61,466 nucleotides of DNA from Candidatus Saccharimonadales bacterium (GTDB lineage: Bacteria > Patescibacteriota > Saccharimonadia > Saccharimonadales > Saccharimonadaceae): positions 1 through 61,466 of the forward strand of contig JASLDG010000006.1 in the NCBI GenBank assembly GCA_030146045.1. The letters are read 5' to 3'. Every line of letters begins with the position of its first letter. Position 1 is the stretch's first letter. The notes under the pieces were generated by a model. It saw nothing but the letters and a program-made list of their open reading frames with translations, had not been told where the DNA came from and made no database searches. A program made the translations under genes and the position numbers. Shown here piece after piece: positions 7,596 to 16,220 of the stretch.

Positions 7596-9149
7596 CTATA
7601 ATTCGTCTTTTTTGTTGCTAATAAATCGTGACCACTGTTGTACTAAACGCAGCACTGTTTTAAGTGGTAGTTCGATCAGCATATCAAGAATAAGCGCGAC
7701 AATATTCACCTTAGAATATTTTTCACTAATCCAGCGTCCTACTACCACAAATGGCAGATACAAGAAATCACGCATAAGGGCGATACCGTTTTGCTCGGCA
7801 TCAATCGTCTCGACTTCGCGGATAAGACGACTCAATCGGAAACCAAGGAAGCTTGCCGTCGAAAGGAACAAGAAAAAGATAATCAAATGCAGCGCTGAGA
7901 AGCCAATTGACCACAAGCCCCATGCAACGCCGCCAAATACCAAGATAAACAAACATGCATACAATATATTAAAGGCAACCGGATAGGCACTCTGTTCTTT
8001 GAGCGATGCCGAAACTGCGATGACTGGCCGCTGCGATGAATACAGGAGCGACTCCATTTGATCCATCAGTGCCGTTGTATTGACTCGCTTTGGCAGCACC
8101 AGTGTCAAGCGTAGCAAGATCATGAAAAGCGGTGGGAACAGCAAGTTGACGACCAGCGGTATCCACAGAATCTCTCCATGCATAATATAGTCGTACGGTA
8201 CTTCGAGCCCAATCCCAATCAAAAACTTGGTGATAATCAAGAAAACAACGCTCTTTACAATACCACGATTGATCTTTTCGTTGAGTTGACGATATTCATC
8301 ATCAATCTGCGTCTCGTATGCAGCCATAAATTTATTATGGTCACTCAAGATCGCCGCTACATCGGGCAGTTCATCAACCATTCGCCACAACACGCGCAGT
8401 GCCGCACCCCGTCGGTTGACGACACGCGCTACCTTGTCCGCTGCCGACGTAAGCAGCAGTTTATCCAGGTGCATATTAAGCTGCGTAAACTGTTCAGTTT
8501 GCTCGGGTGCCACCTGATAACGCTCAAGCAGTGCTGATCGAATCGTGGCATTGTCGGACTTTAAAAGCTGGCGATGCACCGCGATAAATATACAGGTATC
8601 ATGGTTTTCGGCACCTTCTGTCGCTGGAATGATGTCGGTAAAATAGCGATACGCAAACTGTGCAAATGCCGCTCGCTTGCTATGGTCGGCAAACACATTT
8701 TCTACCCGTACAGCCAGTGTATCGATCACCCAGTCGTCAGCATGTGCTACATTGCCGACACGCACAAGCTGCTCGTAGGCCGTAAAATATTGCGCTGCCA
8801 ACGCATTAATTGCCGCGAGCTGAACATGAGTCACCGAATCATTCGCCAAATAGCCGGCAAACGTCAGCTCGACAGCGAGTTCTTCGCCGCTCTCGCCTGC
8901 TCGTTTGGCATCACGCGTCAAAAAAAGCCGTTTATAAAAACGACGAATGGCGCGCTGCAACAGCAAGTGCTCTTCGGTGTATTCTGCGGCATTGCGAAGC
9001 TGCTCGTAGGCCGCCGTCAGTGTTCGCCCAGCACCAACGATATGGATTTTCTCAGCATGTTTGCGCTCTTCGTCGCGCTGAGCCATAGCAGCATCAGCAT
9101 GCCGGAGCATGTCGATGAATTGGCGACCGATAGGAGTAACGTCTTTCAT
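7596..9149 (-). CDS. Multi-pass membrane protein of unknown function with a large helical cytoplasmic N-domain
   Basis: 517 aa. The first ~300 aa are hydrophilic and helical. The C-terminal ~200 aa contain several hydrophobic segments (VVFLIITKFLIGIGL, ILWIPLVVNLLFPPLFMILLRL, AFNILYACLFILVFGGVAWGLWSIGFSALHLIIFFLFL). It ends 44 nt upstream of pilus-tip module 1 on the same strand. Confidence 0.65.
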   Translation of the reverse strand: MKDVTPIGRQFIDMLRHADAAMAQRDEERKHAEKIHIVGAGRTLTAAYEQLRNAAEYTEEHLLLQRAIRRFYKRLFLTRDAKRAGESGEELAVELTFAGYLANDSVTHVQLAAINALAAQYFTAYEQLVRVGNVAHADDWVIDTLAVRVENVFADHSKRAAFAQFAYRYFTDIIPATEGAENHDTCIFIAVHRQLLKSDNATIRSALLERYQVAPEQTEQFTQLNMHLDKLLLTSAADKVARVVNRRGAALRVLWRMVDELPDVAAILSDHNKFMAAYETQIDDEYRQLNEKINRGIVKSVVFLIITKFLIGIGLEVPYDYIMHGEILWIPLVVNLLFPPLFMILLRLTLVLPKRVNTTALMDQMESLLYSSQRPVIAVSASLKEQSAYPVAFNILYACLFILVFGGVAWGLWSIGFSALHLIIFFLFLSTASFLGFRLSRLIREVETIDAEQNGIALMRDFLYLPFVVVGRWISEKYSKVNIVALILDMLIELPLKTVLRLVQQWSRFISNKKDEL

Positions 9150-9242
9150 AGATGGTGGTATTTTGTAAATTATACCATAATGTCACCACAAATCATATAG
9201 CTTGCGCTCAGATTGTTGGTTTTTATCATGCAGAAGATAACC

Positions 9243-9279
9243 AAAGAAAAGAGAGTAGCCTAGCTACTCTCTTTTCTTT
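9243..9279 (-). terminator. Hairpin immediately 3' of tRNA-Arg(TCG)
   Basis: 17-bp perfect stem aaagaaaagagagtagc / gctactctcttttcttt with a 3-nt loop. T-rich 3' arm on the minus strand. Confidence 0.45.
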
Positions 9280-9355
9280 GGTACACCCGGTACGATTCGA
9301 ACGTACGACCCTTTGTTCCGAAGACAAATGCTCTAATCCGCTGAGCTACGGGTGC
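9279..9355 (-). tRNA. tRNA-Arg (anticodon TCG)
   Basis: Minus-strand read: GCACCCG-TA-GCTC-AGCGGATTA-GAGC-A-TTTGT-CTTCGGA-ACAAA-...-GTACG-TTCGAAT-CGTAC-CGGGTGT-A-CCA. Cloverleaf folded by hand, CCA encoded, G1-U72 wobble. Confidence 0.85.
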
Positions 9356-9440
9356 CTAACTTCCGTAAGTATACCACAGATGTAAAAGTTTTTGTAGCAT
9401 CATGCATACCTATTGCAGTTATGCTATACTATCCCTAATT

Positions 9441-10463
9441 ATGGACATCAAAACATCAGTACCTCTTTCAACACTCACCACCATGCGCCTCGGTGGTCCT
9501 GCACGGTTTTTTGCCGAAGCCCATTCGGCCCAGCAAATGATTGCGCTCTGCAAAAATGCTCGCAAACTGAATCAAAAATTCGTGGTCATCGGCGGTGGCA
9601 GCAATCTGATTGTGCACGACGAAGGGTTTGATGGCCTCGTCATTCGCAATGCCATCCCCGGGTTCGAAGTTATCGAAGAGGATGACAACGCTGTTACCCT
9701 GCAAATCGGCGGCGGTGAACTGTGGGACTCAGTTGTCTCGCGCAGTGTCGGCCGCGGCTTGACTGGTATCGAAGCACTGTCTGGCATTCCTGGTACCGCC
9801 GGTGCAGCCCCAGTGCAGAATATCGGCGCCTACGGTCAGGAAATCGCCGATACACTCGTATCGCTCGATGCCTACGACACTATCGATGACCAGCTCGTAC
9901 GCTTGTCATGGGAAGATTGCGGCTTTGCGTACCGCCATAGCATCTTCCGCGATGATGCCTCGCGACGCTATGCTATCGTCAGCATTAGCCTCAAGCTCTA
10001 CAAACGCGCACCGCTACCGCCATTCTATGCAGCGGTACAAAAACACCTCGACGACAACGCCATCACCGAATTTACTCCTGCCATTATCCGCAGTGCCGTT
10101 CTCGAGATCCGCAGCAACAAGCTCCCCGACCCTGCCGTCTTGCCTAATGCGGGGTCGTTCTTCAAAAACGCCATCGTCGAAAAATGGCGCCGCGACGAGC
10201 TGCTTGAGCAATATAACTACATGACTTCGTACGAAATGGACGAAAACCATTACAAAATCCCCACTGGCTGGATGATTCAAGAGTCTGGTCTCAGCGGTGA
10301 AGTACTCCACGGCATTAAGGTACATGAGGGCAATAACCTGGTGCTTATCAACGAATCTGCTACTAGCTATGCTGACCTTGCGGCCGCACGCGAAGAAATC
10401 CAAAATGCCGTCCGTGATAAATTCCGCATCGAAATCGAGCAAGAACCGATAGAGTTGAGCTAG
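9441..10463 (+). CDS. murB: UDP-N-acetylenolpyruvoylglucosamine reductase
   Basis: MDIKTSVPLSTLTTMRLGGPARFF...VIGGGSNLIV matches the MurB FAD-binding N-terminus. The ORF track starts at 9402; I prefer the internal ATG at 9441 by comparison with other MurB N-termini. Confidence 0.9.
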   Translation: MDIKTSVPLSTLTTMRLGGPARFFAEAHSAQQMIALCKNARKLNQKFVVIGGGSNLIVHDEGFDGLVIRNAIPGFEVIEEDDNAVTLQIGGGELWDSVVSRSVGRGLTGIEALSGIPGTAGAAPVQNIGAYGQEIADTLVSLDAYDTIDDQLVRLSWEDCGFAYRHSIFRDDASRRYAIVSISLKLYKRAPLPPFYAAVQKHLDDNAITEFTPAIIRSAVLEIRSNKLPDPAVLPNAGSFFKNAIVEKWRRDELLEQYNYMTSYEMDENHYKIPTGWMIQESGLSGEVLHGIKVHEGNNLVLINESATSYADLAAAREEIQNAVRDKFRIEIEQEPIELS

Positions 10464-10555
10464 TCCACCTCCATTCGGTGCATAAAACCTTGCAATAACC
10501 ATAACCAGTGTAGTATATTCGAAACATAACAATTTAATAGGGGGCATTCATACAC

Positions 10556-11020
10556 ATGAATCTTCAACAAAAAATCAAGAAAGCACAGAGTGAACGCGGT
10601 TTCACCATCGTCGAGCTCTTGATCGTGATCGTCGTCATTGGTATCTTGGCAGCGATTGTGATTGTGGCATTTACCGGCGTGCAAAAACAAGCAAAAATCG
10701 CAGGCTATAAATCTGACGCAAATGGTATCGTAAAGGTTGCAGAAGCCATAAATGCAGACAAGCAGAGTTATCCGGTAGGTGCAGATGCTGCGGCGACAAA
10801 AACACTTTACGAGGCTACGACAAATACAGTTAAGCTTCCGCCAAAGGTTCGTATCACCGCCGTCACTTCAGCACCAACAATCACTGAAGCTAACGGCCCA
10901 ACTGTAGATAGCACCACTGGAGTAAAAACATATACCGTATGGGCATGTACTAACGGTGCAAATGTCTACTTCTGGGATGGATCAGCAGTTGTTATCAATA
11001 AAGCTGGTGACGGCTGCTAA
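10556..11020 (+). CDS. Type IV pilin (candidate major pilin)
   Basis: 154 aa. ...KAQSERG|FTIVELLIVIVVIGILAAIVIVAFTGVQKQAK. Short, monocistronic, followed by a strong terminator. Confidence 0.85.
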   Translation: MNLQQKIKKAQSERGFTIVELLIVIVVIGILAAIVIVAFTGVQKQAKIAGYKSDANGIVKVAEAINADKQSYPVGADAAATKTLYEATTNTVKLPPKVRITAVTSAPTITEANGPTVDSTTGVKTYTVWACTNGANVYFWDGSAVVINKAGDGC

Positions 11021-11036
11021 ACTAGTTACATCTTTC

Positions 11037-11068
11037 AAAAATACACCCATGAAAGTGGGTGTATTTTT
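11037..11068 (+). terminator. Rho-independent terminator after the pilin gene
   Basis: aaaaatacaccc (11037-11048) pairs with gggtgtattttt (11057-11068). 8-nt loop and a T-run. Confidence 0.7.
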
Positions 11069-11157
11069 AAGATAAAGAATAATTTATACAAGTTATTTAC
11101 ATAATTATCTTCAATTAGAAAGTGAGCCAGTTTATAGACATGGCTCAGGTCTTTAGT

Positions 11158-11526
11158 TCAGCCCAACGAGCAGTAGCGCCGACCGATGTCACACGCGTAA
11201 TCGCGGCTTGCCCATGAGTTGTTCACCGTAGGGCCGTAGTTATCGGTCAGCCAGGCGGACGGAGAGCCGCCACAGCCCACGTTGACTCGGTAGTCATTGG
11301 AGTTGAAGTTATAACTCCAGTTAGCCGTGCCGTAGCCGGTCGATGTACGACTAGCCCAACCCGAATTGCCACTCTGCGTGACGTAGATACCAACGACATC
11401 TCCGCCAGAGCAGATGACCGTTCCGTAGTAGACCGTTGCATGAGCCGGAGCGGCCACTGCAACCGTCGCACCTGTTGCCACAACGACCCCGGTAAGGACG
11501 CTGACAACACGCTGCTTGATCTTCAT
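11158..11526 (-). CDS. Small secreted cysteine-containing protein, unknown function
   Basis: Start moved to the ATG at 11526 (AAGGAG 5 nt upstream). MKIKQRVVSVLTGVVVATGATVAVAAPAHA looks like a signal peptide with an AxA site. The mature ~92 aa has 4 Cys and is G/S/N/Y/W-rich. Confidence 0.6.
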   Translation of the reverse strand: MKIKQRVVSVLTGVVVATGATVAVAAPAHATVYYGTVICSGGDVVGIYVTQSGNSGWASRTSTGYGTANWSYNFNSNDYRVNVGCGGSPSAWLTDNYGPTVNNSWASRDYACDIGRRYCSLG

Positions 11527-11624
11527 ACGTCTCCTTGGTAGAACGAGTGTTATTCGAACGAACAACCTTTTGATCGTATCAATTTCCGAAATACAAATCA
11601 AGGATAATAATGAGGTTTCTTATC

Positions 11625-12902
<1,278 letters not shown>

Positions 12903-12945
12903 AGTCCCTGCCTCCTGTTTGTATTTATTGTATCACCAAATGGCG

Positions 12946-13087
12946 CGCAGGGTACAAGCCGGATAAATACCGTTCATCAAAGATAGCGTTACACGCCTGT
13001 TATTTTTGCTTCTGGCGAAAAATAACAGGGTTGCACTTCGCTTGTACTATCTTTTCAGAAGGTATTCTATCCGGCTTGTACCCTGCG
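12946..13087. repeat. 142-nt extended imperfect palindrome (20-bp perfect outer arms) in the divergent glyA / HTH-murA intergenic region
   Basis: cgcagggtacaagccggata (12946-12965) is the exact reverse complement of 13068-13087. Further pairing: aatacc/ggtatt, aaagatag/ctatcttt. Inner stem cctgttattttt (12996-13007) pairs with aaaaataacagg (13018-13029). Confidence 0.85.
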
Positions 13088-13092
13088 TAATC

Positions 13093-13121
13093 TTGACAAT
13101 ATATCATAAATGATATAAAAT
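13093..13121 (+). promoter_or_regulatory. Candidate promoter of the HTH-murA gene
   Basis: TTGACA (13093-13098), 17-nt spacer, TAAAAT (13116-13121). This puts the TSS within a few nt of the ATG at 13128 (leaderless or very short leader), which conflicts with GGAG at 13122-13125. An alternative is the extended -10 TGaTATAAA at 13111-13119. Pattern only. Confidence 0.3.
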
Positions 13122-13127
13122 GGAGAT

Positions 13128-14657
13128 ATGGACTCAGATGACTACAAAGTGAAAATCGGCAACCTTATTCAGGAGAGCCGACTCCATCGTGGCTTTACTC
13201 AGGCACAACTTGCCGAAGCACTCGGCACCAGCCAAAGTGCTATCAACCGTATCGAAAAAGGCGGCCAAAACATTAGCCTCGAAATGATCGCACGCATCAG
13301 TGACGTACTTTCGCACGACATCATGACACTCAATCATAGTGGTAAGATTAACTTCCGCGTCAATGGCGGCAAAAAGCTCTCGGGTAACATTACCGTCAAA
13401 ACCAGCAAAAACGCGGCTGTTGCCCTACTGTGCGCGAGCCTCCTCAACAAAGGCAAAACCACCCTCCGCCGCGTGGCCCGCATCGAAGAAGTTAACCGCA
13501 TCATCGAAGTGCTCACCAGCATCGGCGTCAAAGTGCGCTGGTTGAACGAAAACAACGACCTCGAAATTATCCCGCCAGCACGCTTGCAGCTGGAAAACAT
13601 GGATATCGAAGCCGCTAAGCGAACTCGCACGGTTATTATGTTCCTGGGACCGCTGTTGCATCAGTATGAGGACTTCAAACTGCCTTTTGCCGGTGGCTGC
13701 AACTTGGGCAAGCGTACCGTTGAGCCGCACATGACTGGCCTGCGACCGTTTGGCCTTGATGTTGAGGCAACTACCGAGTACTACCATGCCATGGTACATC
13801 CACGTGCCGTCGAGCAGTCGATTCTACTAACCGAGCGTGGCGATACTGTCACAGAAAATGTCATCATGGCAGCGGCACTGTATAACGGCGTAACCGTTAT
13901 CCGTAACGCCAGCCCGAACTATATGGTACAAGACCTCTGTTTCTTTTTGCAGAAACTGGGCGTCAAAATTGACGGTATTGGTACAACTATTCTTAAAATC
14001 CATGGCGTGCCAGCAATCGACAAAGACGTTGAGTATTACCCAAGTGAAGACCCAATCGAAGCCATGAGCTTCATCGCCGCGGGCGTCGTCACTGATTCGG
14101 AGATCACTATCGAACGTGTCCCTATCGAATTTGTCGAGATTGAACTCGCAACGCTAAAGGAAATGGGGCTCCAGTTCGAACTGAGTGAGGAATACCCCGC
14201 GCGCAATAATCATACGCGCCTGGTTGATATCGCCCTCAAGCATTCCCGCATGACCGCAGCCAAAGACAAGCTCCATGCGTTGCCATTCCCTGGCATTAAC
14301 ATGGATAACCTGCCATTTATGGGCCTGATCGCGACTGCCGCTCGTGGTCGTACGCTCGTACACGACTGGTCATACGAAAACCGTGCGATTTACTTTACCG
14401 AACTCAGTAAATTGAATGCGCAAATCGAACTCCTTGATCCGCACCGTGTCTACATCACCGGTCCAACCAAGTGGAAAGTTGCCGACATTGTTGCACCACC
14501 TGCACTGCGTCCATCCGTAGTCGTACTACTTGCGATGCTGGCTGCGCCCGGTCATTCGATTCTCCGCGATGTTTATTCGATCAACCGTGGCTACGAAGAT
14601 TTTGCCAATCGCCTGAACTCACTCGGTGCCGATATCGAGACAATTCGAGAAATTTAA
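13128..14657 (+). CDS. murA: XRE-family HTH domain fused to UDP-N-acetylglucosamine 1-carboxyvinyltransferase (MurA/EPSP-synthase fold)
   Basis: 509 aa. aa ~8-65 (IGNLIQESRLHRGFTQAQLAEALGTSQSAINRIEKGGQNISLEMIARISDVL) form a Cro/C1-type HTH. From aa ~73, INFRVNGGKKLSGNITVKTSKNAAVALLCASLL... aligns with the MurA N-terminus. FAGGCNLGKRTVEPH matches the catalytic-Cys loop. Confidence 0.88.
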   Translation: MDSDDYKVKIGNLIQESRLHRGFTQAQLAEALGTSQSAINRIEKGGQNISLEMIARISDVLSHDIMTLNHSGKINFRVNGGKKLSGNITVKTSKNAAVALLCASLLNKGKTTLRRVARIEEVNRIIEVLTSIGVKVRWLNENNDLEIIPPARLQLENMDIEAAKRTRTVIMFLGPLLHQYEDFKLPFAGGCNLGKRTVEPHMTGLRPFGLDVEATTEYYHAMVHPRAVEQSILLTERGDTVTENVIMAAALYNGVTVIRNASPNYMVQDLCFFLQKLGVKIDGIGTTILKIHGVPAIDKDVEYYPSEDPIEAMSFIAAGVVTDSEITIERVPIEFVEIELATLKEMGLQFELSEEYPARNNHTRLVDIALKHSRMTAAKDKLHALPFPGINMDNLPFMGLIATAARGRTLVHDWSYENRAIYFTELSKLNAQIELLDPHRVYITGPTKWKVADIVAPPALRPSVVVLLAMLAAPGHSILRDVYSINRGYEDFANRLNSLGADIETIREI

Positions 14658-14749
14658 CCAATTACAGCTTGTTTCAAGCCAGCCTCGCTACAGTAGGATA
14701 CGGTGAGCGCGCCGCCATCCAACACTACTACCTACAAAGGAGGTGCTAT

Positions 14750-15247
14750 TTGAAAAAGCAACTACTCGCTGCAGCCGCAGTGACTACTATTGGTGTGGCT
14801 GGCATTGCAACCGCCGGTGTGTCACACGCAGTGACATCCAGTACAAATACGAACACTAACCCTGTAACAAGTTTGGCCGAAGCGATCGCTAAGAAGTTCA
14901 ATCTCAAAACAGCCGATGTCGAAACAGTTATTAAAGACCAGCACGCTGCCATGGAGCAAGAGCGTGACGCAAAGGTAAAAGCAGAAATCGCACAGTTGGT
15001 GGAAGATGGCAAGCTGACGCAAGCACAAGCTGACGCTATCAATGCCAAGCGTGCCGATCTGCAAAAAGAGCGCGAGGCCACTAAGCCATCAAGCACCGAA
15101 AGCCAGACGGATCGCAAAGCTGCTATGGAGAAACGCAAATCAGACCTTGACGCTTGGGCGAAGCAAAATAACATTCCAAACGAATACATGCACTACGTAA
15201 TGGGTGGACATGGTGGCCACGGCACGCGTGAAGGCGACCGCCAGTAG
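14750..15247 (+). CDS. Secreted helical protein, unknown function
   Basis: Start moved to the TTG at 14750, which has AAGGAGG 6 nt upstream. (M)KKQLLAAAAVTTIGVAGIATAGVSHA is a signal peptide. The rest is charged and helical (AKVKAEIAQLVEDGKLTQAQADAINAKRADLQKERE). Confidence 0.6.
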   Translation: MKKQLLAAAAVTTIGVAGIATAGVSHAVTSSTNTNTNPVTSLAEAIAKKFNLKTADVETVIKDQHAAMEQERDAKVKAEIAQLVEDGKLTQAQADAINAKRADLQKEREATKPSSTESQTDRKAAMEKRKSDLDAWAKQNNIPNEYMHYVMGGHGGHGTREGDRQ

Positions 15248-15265
15248 CAAGTCAGGTTCAACCAA

Positions 15266-15299
15266 GAAAAACAGAGATTCCTAGGAATCTCTGTTTTTC
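15266..15299 (+). terminator. Rho-independent terminator
   Basis: gaaaaacagagattcc / ggaatctctgtttttc, a perfect palindromic hairpin with a T-run, 19 nt after the stop at 15247. Confidence 0.7.
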
Positions 15300-15300
15300 T

Positions 15301-15406
15301 TGGTGCGGGCGGCGAGAATATGATATATATCATCGTCACGCCGAAGAAAGTTAAGAGGTAACTTTCTTCGGCAGCTCCTCGCTATCGAACTCGCATCAAT
15401 TTGCTT
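15301..15406 (-). pseudogene. tRNA-Gly 3'-half remnant interrupted by a 64-nt palindrome-rich insert
   Basis: 15301-15319 (tggtgcgggcggcgagaat) is identical to 15487-15505 of the intact tRNA-Gly. 15384-15397 (atcgaactcgcatc) matches the next 14 nt of that tRNA. No 5' acceptor strand (cgcccgc) is present. Confidence 0.5.
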
Positions 15407-15448
15407 CGCAAATATGCGATGCGAGTTCGACCCAGACAGACCCTTCTA

Positions 15449-15489
15449 CCACAGAAAATACCCTACACGAGGTAGGGTATTTTCTGTGG
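15449..15489 (-). terminator. 18-bp perfect hairpin abutting the 3' end of tRNA-Gly
   Basis: ccacagaaaataccctac (15449-15466) pairs with gtagggtattttctgtgg (15472-15489). The last 3 nt overlap the tRNA CCA complement. Confidence 0.4.
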
Positions 15490-15561
15490 TGCGGGCGGCG
15501 AGAATCGAACTCGCATCGCTTGCTTGGAAGGCAGGCATATTAGCCATTATACGACGCCCGC
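15487..15561 (-). tRNA. tRNA-Gly (anticodon TCC)
   Basis: Minus-strand read: GCGGGCG-...-CCTGC-CTTCCAA-GCAAG-...-GCGAG-TTCGATT-CTCGC-CGCCCGC-A-CCA. One C-A mismatch in the anticodon stem. Confidence 0.85.
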
Positions 15562-15652
15562 GTATTGCGCATATCAGATGGTACGATCTGATACAGCTTT
15601 TCTAGTATAACAAAAAATGTGCTAGAATAAAAAGCATAAGAAGGAATAGACC

Positions 15653-16048
15653 ATGACATCGCTTGATCAGTTTCTCAACTCAGACTTAAATGCCGACGAC
15701 GTCACCCACTCCAGTGGTTACGTCGGTGCGGGCGGTGTTGGCGGTGGAGCCGGCGGATTATCCATGGAGCAACGGCGCAAACTCCTTAACCAACCCCGAG
15801 TCGTTGGCTCGTACACCGAATCGCAACTCGGTCGGCGCTTTCAGGGCGCCAAGGCTCGTACTGCCGACCAAAAGCAAAGTCGCGTCTATGACCCTAACAC
15901 TGATTCGTTTTCTGATAACGCACGCTATGGTAATCGCCAAAAAGGTGGCATCGGCGCCGATAAGGTCGATGCTTCTATCGCCAAGCGTCAACATTTCGTC
16001 GAGCCATCATCTCGTCCAAAGCCACAAGGCTACAACCCCTACGGCTAG
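15653..16048 (+). CDS. Hypothetical low-complexity basic protein
   Basis: 131 aa. Has a Gly-run (GAGGVGGGAGG), is K/R/Q-rich and has no hydrophobic segment. AAGGAA upstream. Coding status moderately supported. Confidence 0.45.
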   Translation: MTSLDQFLNSDLNADDVTHSSGYVGAGGVGGGAGGLSMEQRRKLLNQPRVVGSYTESQLGRRFQGAKARTADQKQSRVYDPNTDSFSDNARYGNRQKGGIGADKVDASIAKRQHFVEPSSRPKPQGYNPYG

Positions 16049-16109
16049 ATTCTCCGCCGCTGATATGCTATACTAATGCAGTATTTGGCGAGAAATTGCC
16101 TGCATACAT

Positions 16110-16187
16110 GGCGAATGTAGCTCACTTGGTTAGAGCGTCGGGTTGTGGTTCCGAAGGTAGAGGGTTCGATCCCCTTCATTCGCCCCA
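16110..16187 (+). tRNA. tRNA-His (anticodon GTG)
   Basis: G(-1)-GCGAATG-...-TCGGG-TTGTGGT-TCCGA-...-AGGGG? T-arm GGTTCGATCC-...-CATTCGC-C-CCA. The extra 5' G pairing with C73 is the His identity feature. Confidence 0.9.
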
Positions 16188-16190
16188 GAG

Positions 16191-16220
16191 AAAAAGACTG
16201 ACCATATGGTCAGTCTTTTT
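16191..16220. terminator. Bidirectional hairpin terminator between tRNA-His and the convergent ATP-grasp gene
   Basis: aaaaagactgacc (16191-16203) pairs with ggtcagtcttttt (16208-16220). A-run and T-run flanks. Overlaps the last codons of 16210..17004. Confidence 0.6.

Noticed and set aside
8574-9200. A 208-aa plus-strand ORF (also 8178..8537 and 8810..9088).
   Set aside because: Antisense to the 517-aa membrane protein gene. The composition looks like a mirror frame, and it would run into the tRNA-Arg terminator region.
9152-9385. ORFs reading through tRNA genes (9152..9385, 15414..15605, 16096..16446, 17001..17306, 31696..31899).
   Set aside because: Each is explained by a hand-folded tRNA cloverleaf. 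Their translations contain the typical tRNA-derived strings (for example VRFERTT, AGFEPATLG).
10014-10547. Long antisense ORFs opposite well-supported genes (10014..10547 vs murB, 39897..40541 vs pilC, 24028..24648 vs murT, 26702..27214 vs bcp, 11610..12185 vs glyA).
   Set aside because: The sense genes have strong family motifs. The antisense frames have none and would require extensive gene overlap.
11158-11526. Horizontal acquisition of the small secreted Cys protein, judged from high GC.
   Set aside because: Hand counts of four 60-nt blocks give 40, 30, 32 and 38 G+C (about 58 percent). That is no different from a glyA block (34/60). I found no flanking repeats.
12903-13127. A known riboswitch upstream of glyA (ZTP/pfl, THF or glycine).
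   Set aside because: Reading the glyA-sense strand, I could not find the conserved cores I remember (for example the pfl GGGUCGUG...CCGCCUGGGC elements or glycine-riboswitch motifs). The region is instead a near-symmetric palindrome. A covariance-model scan would be needed to be certain.
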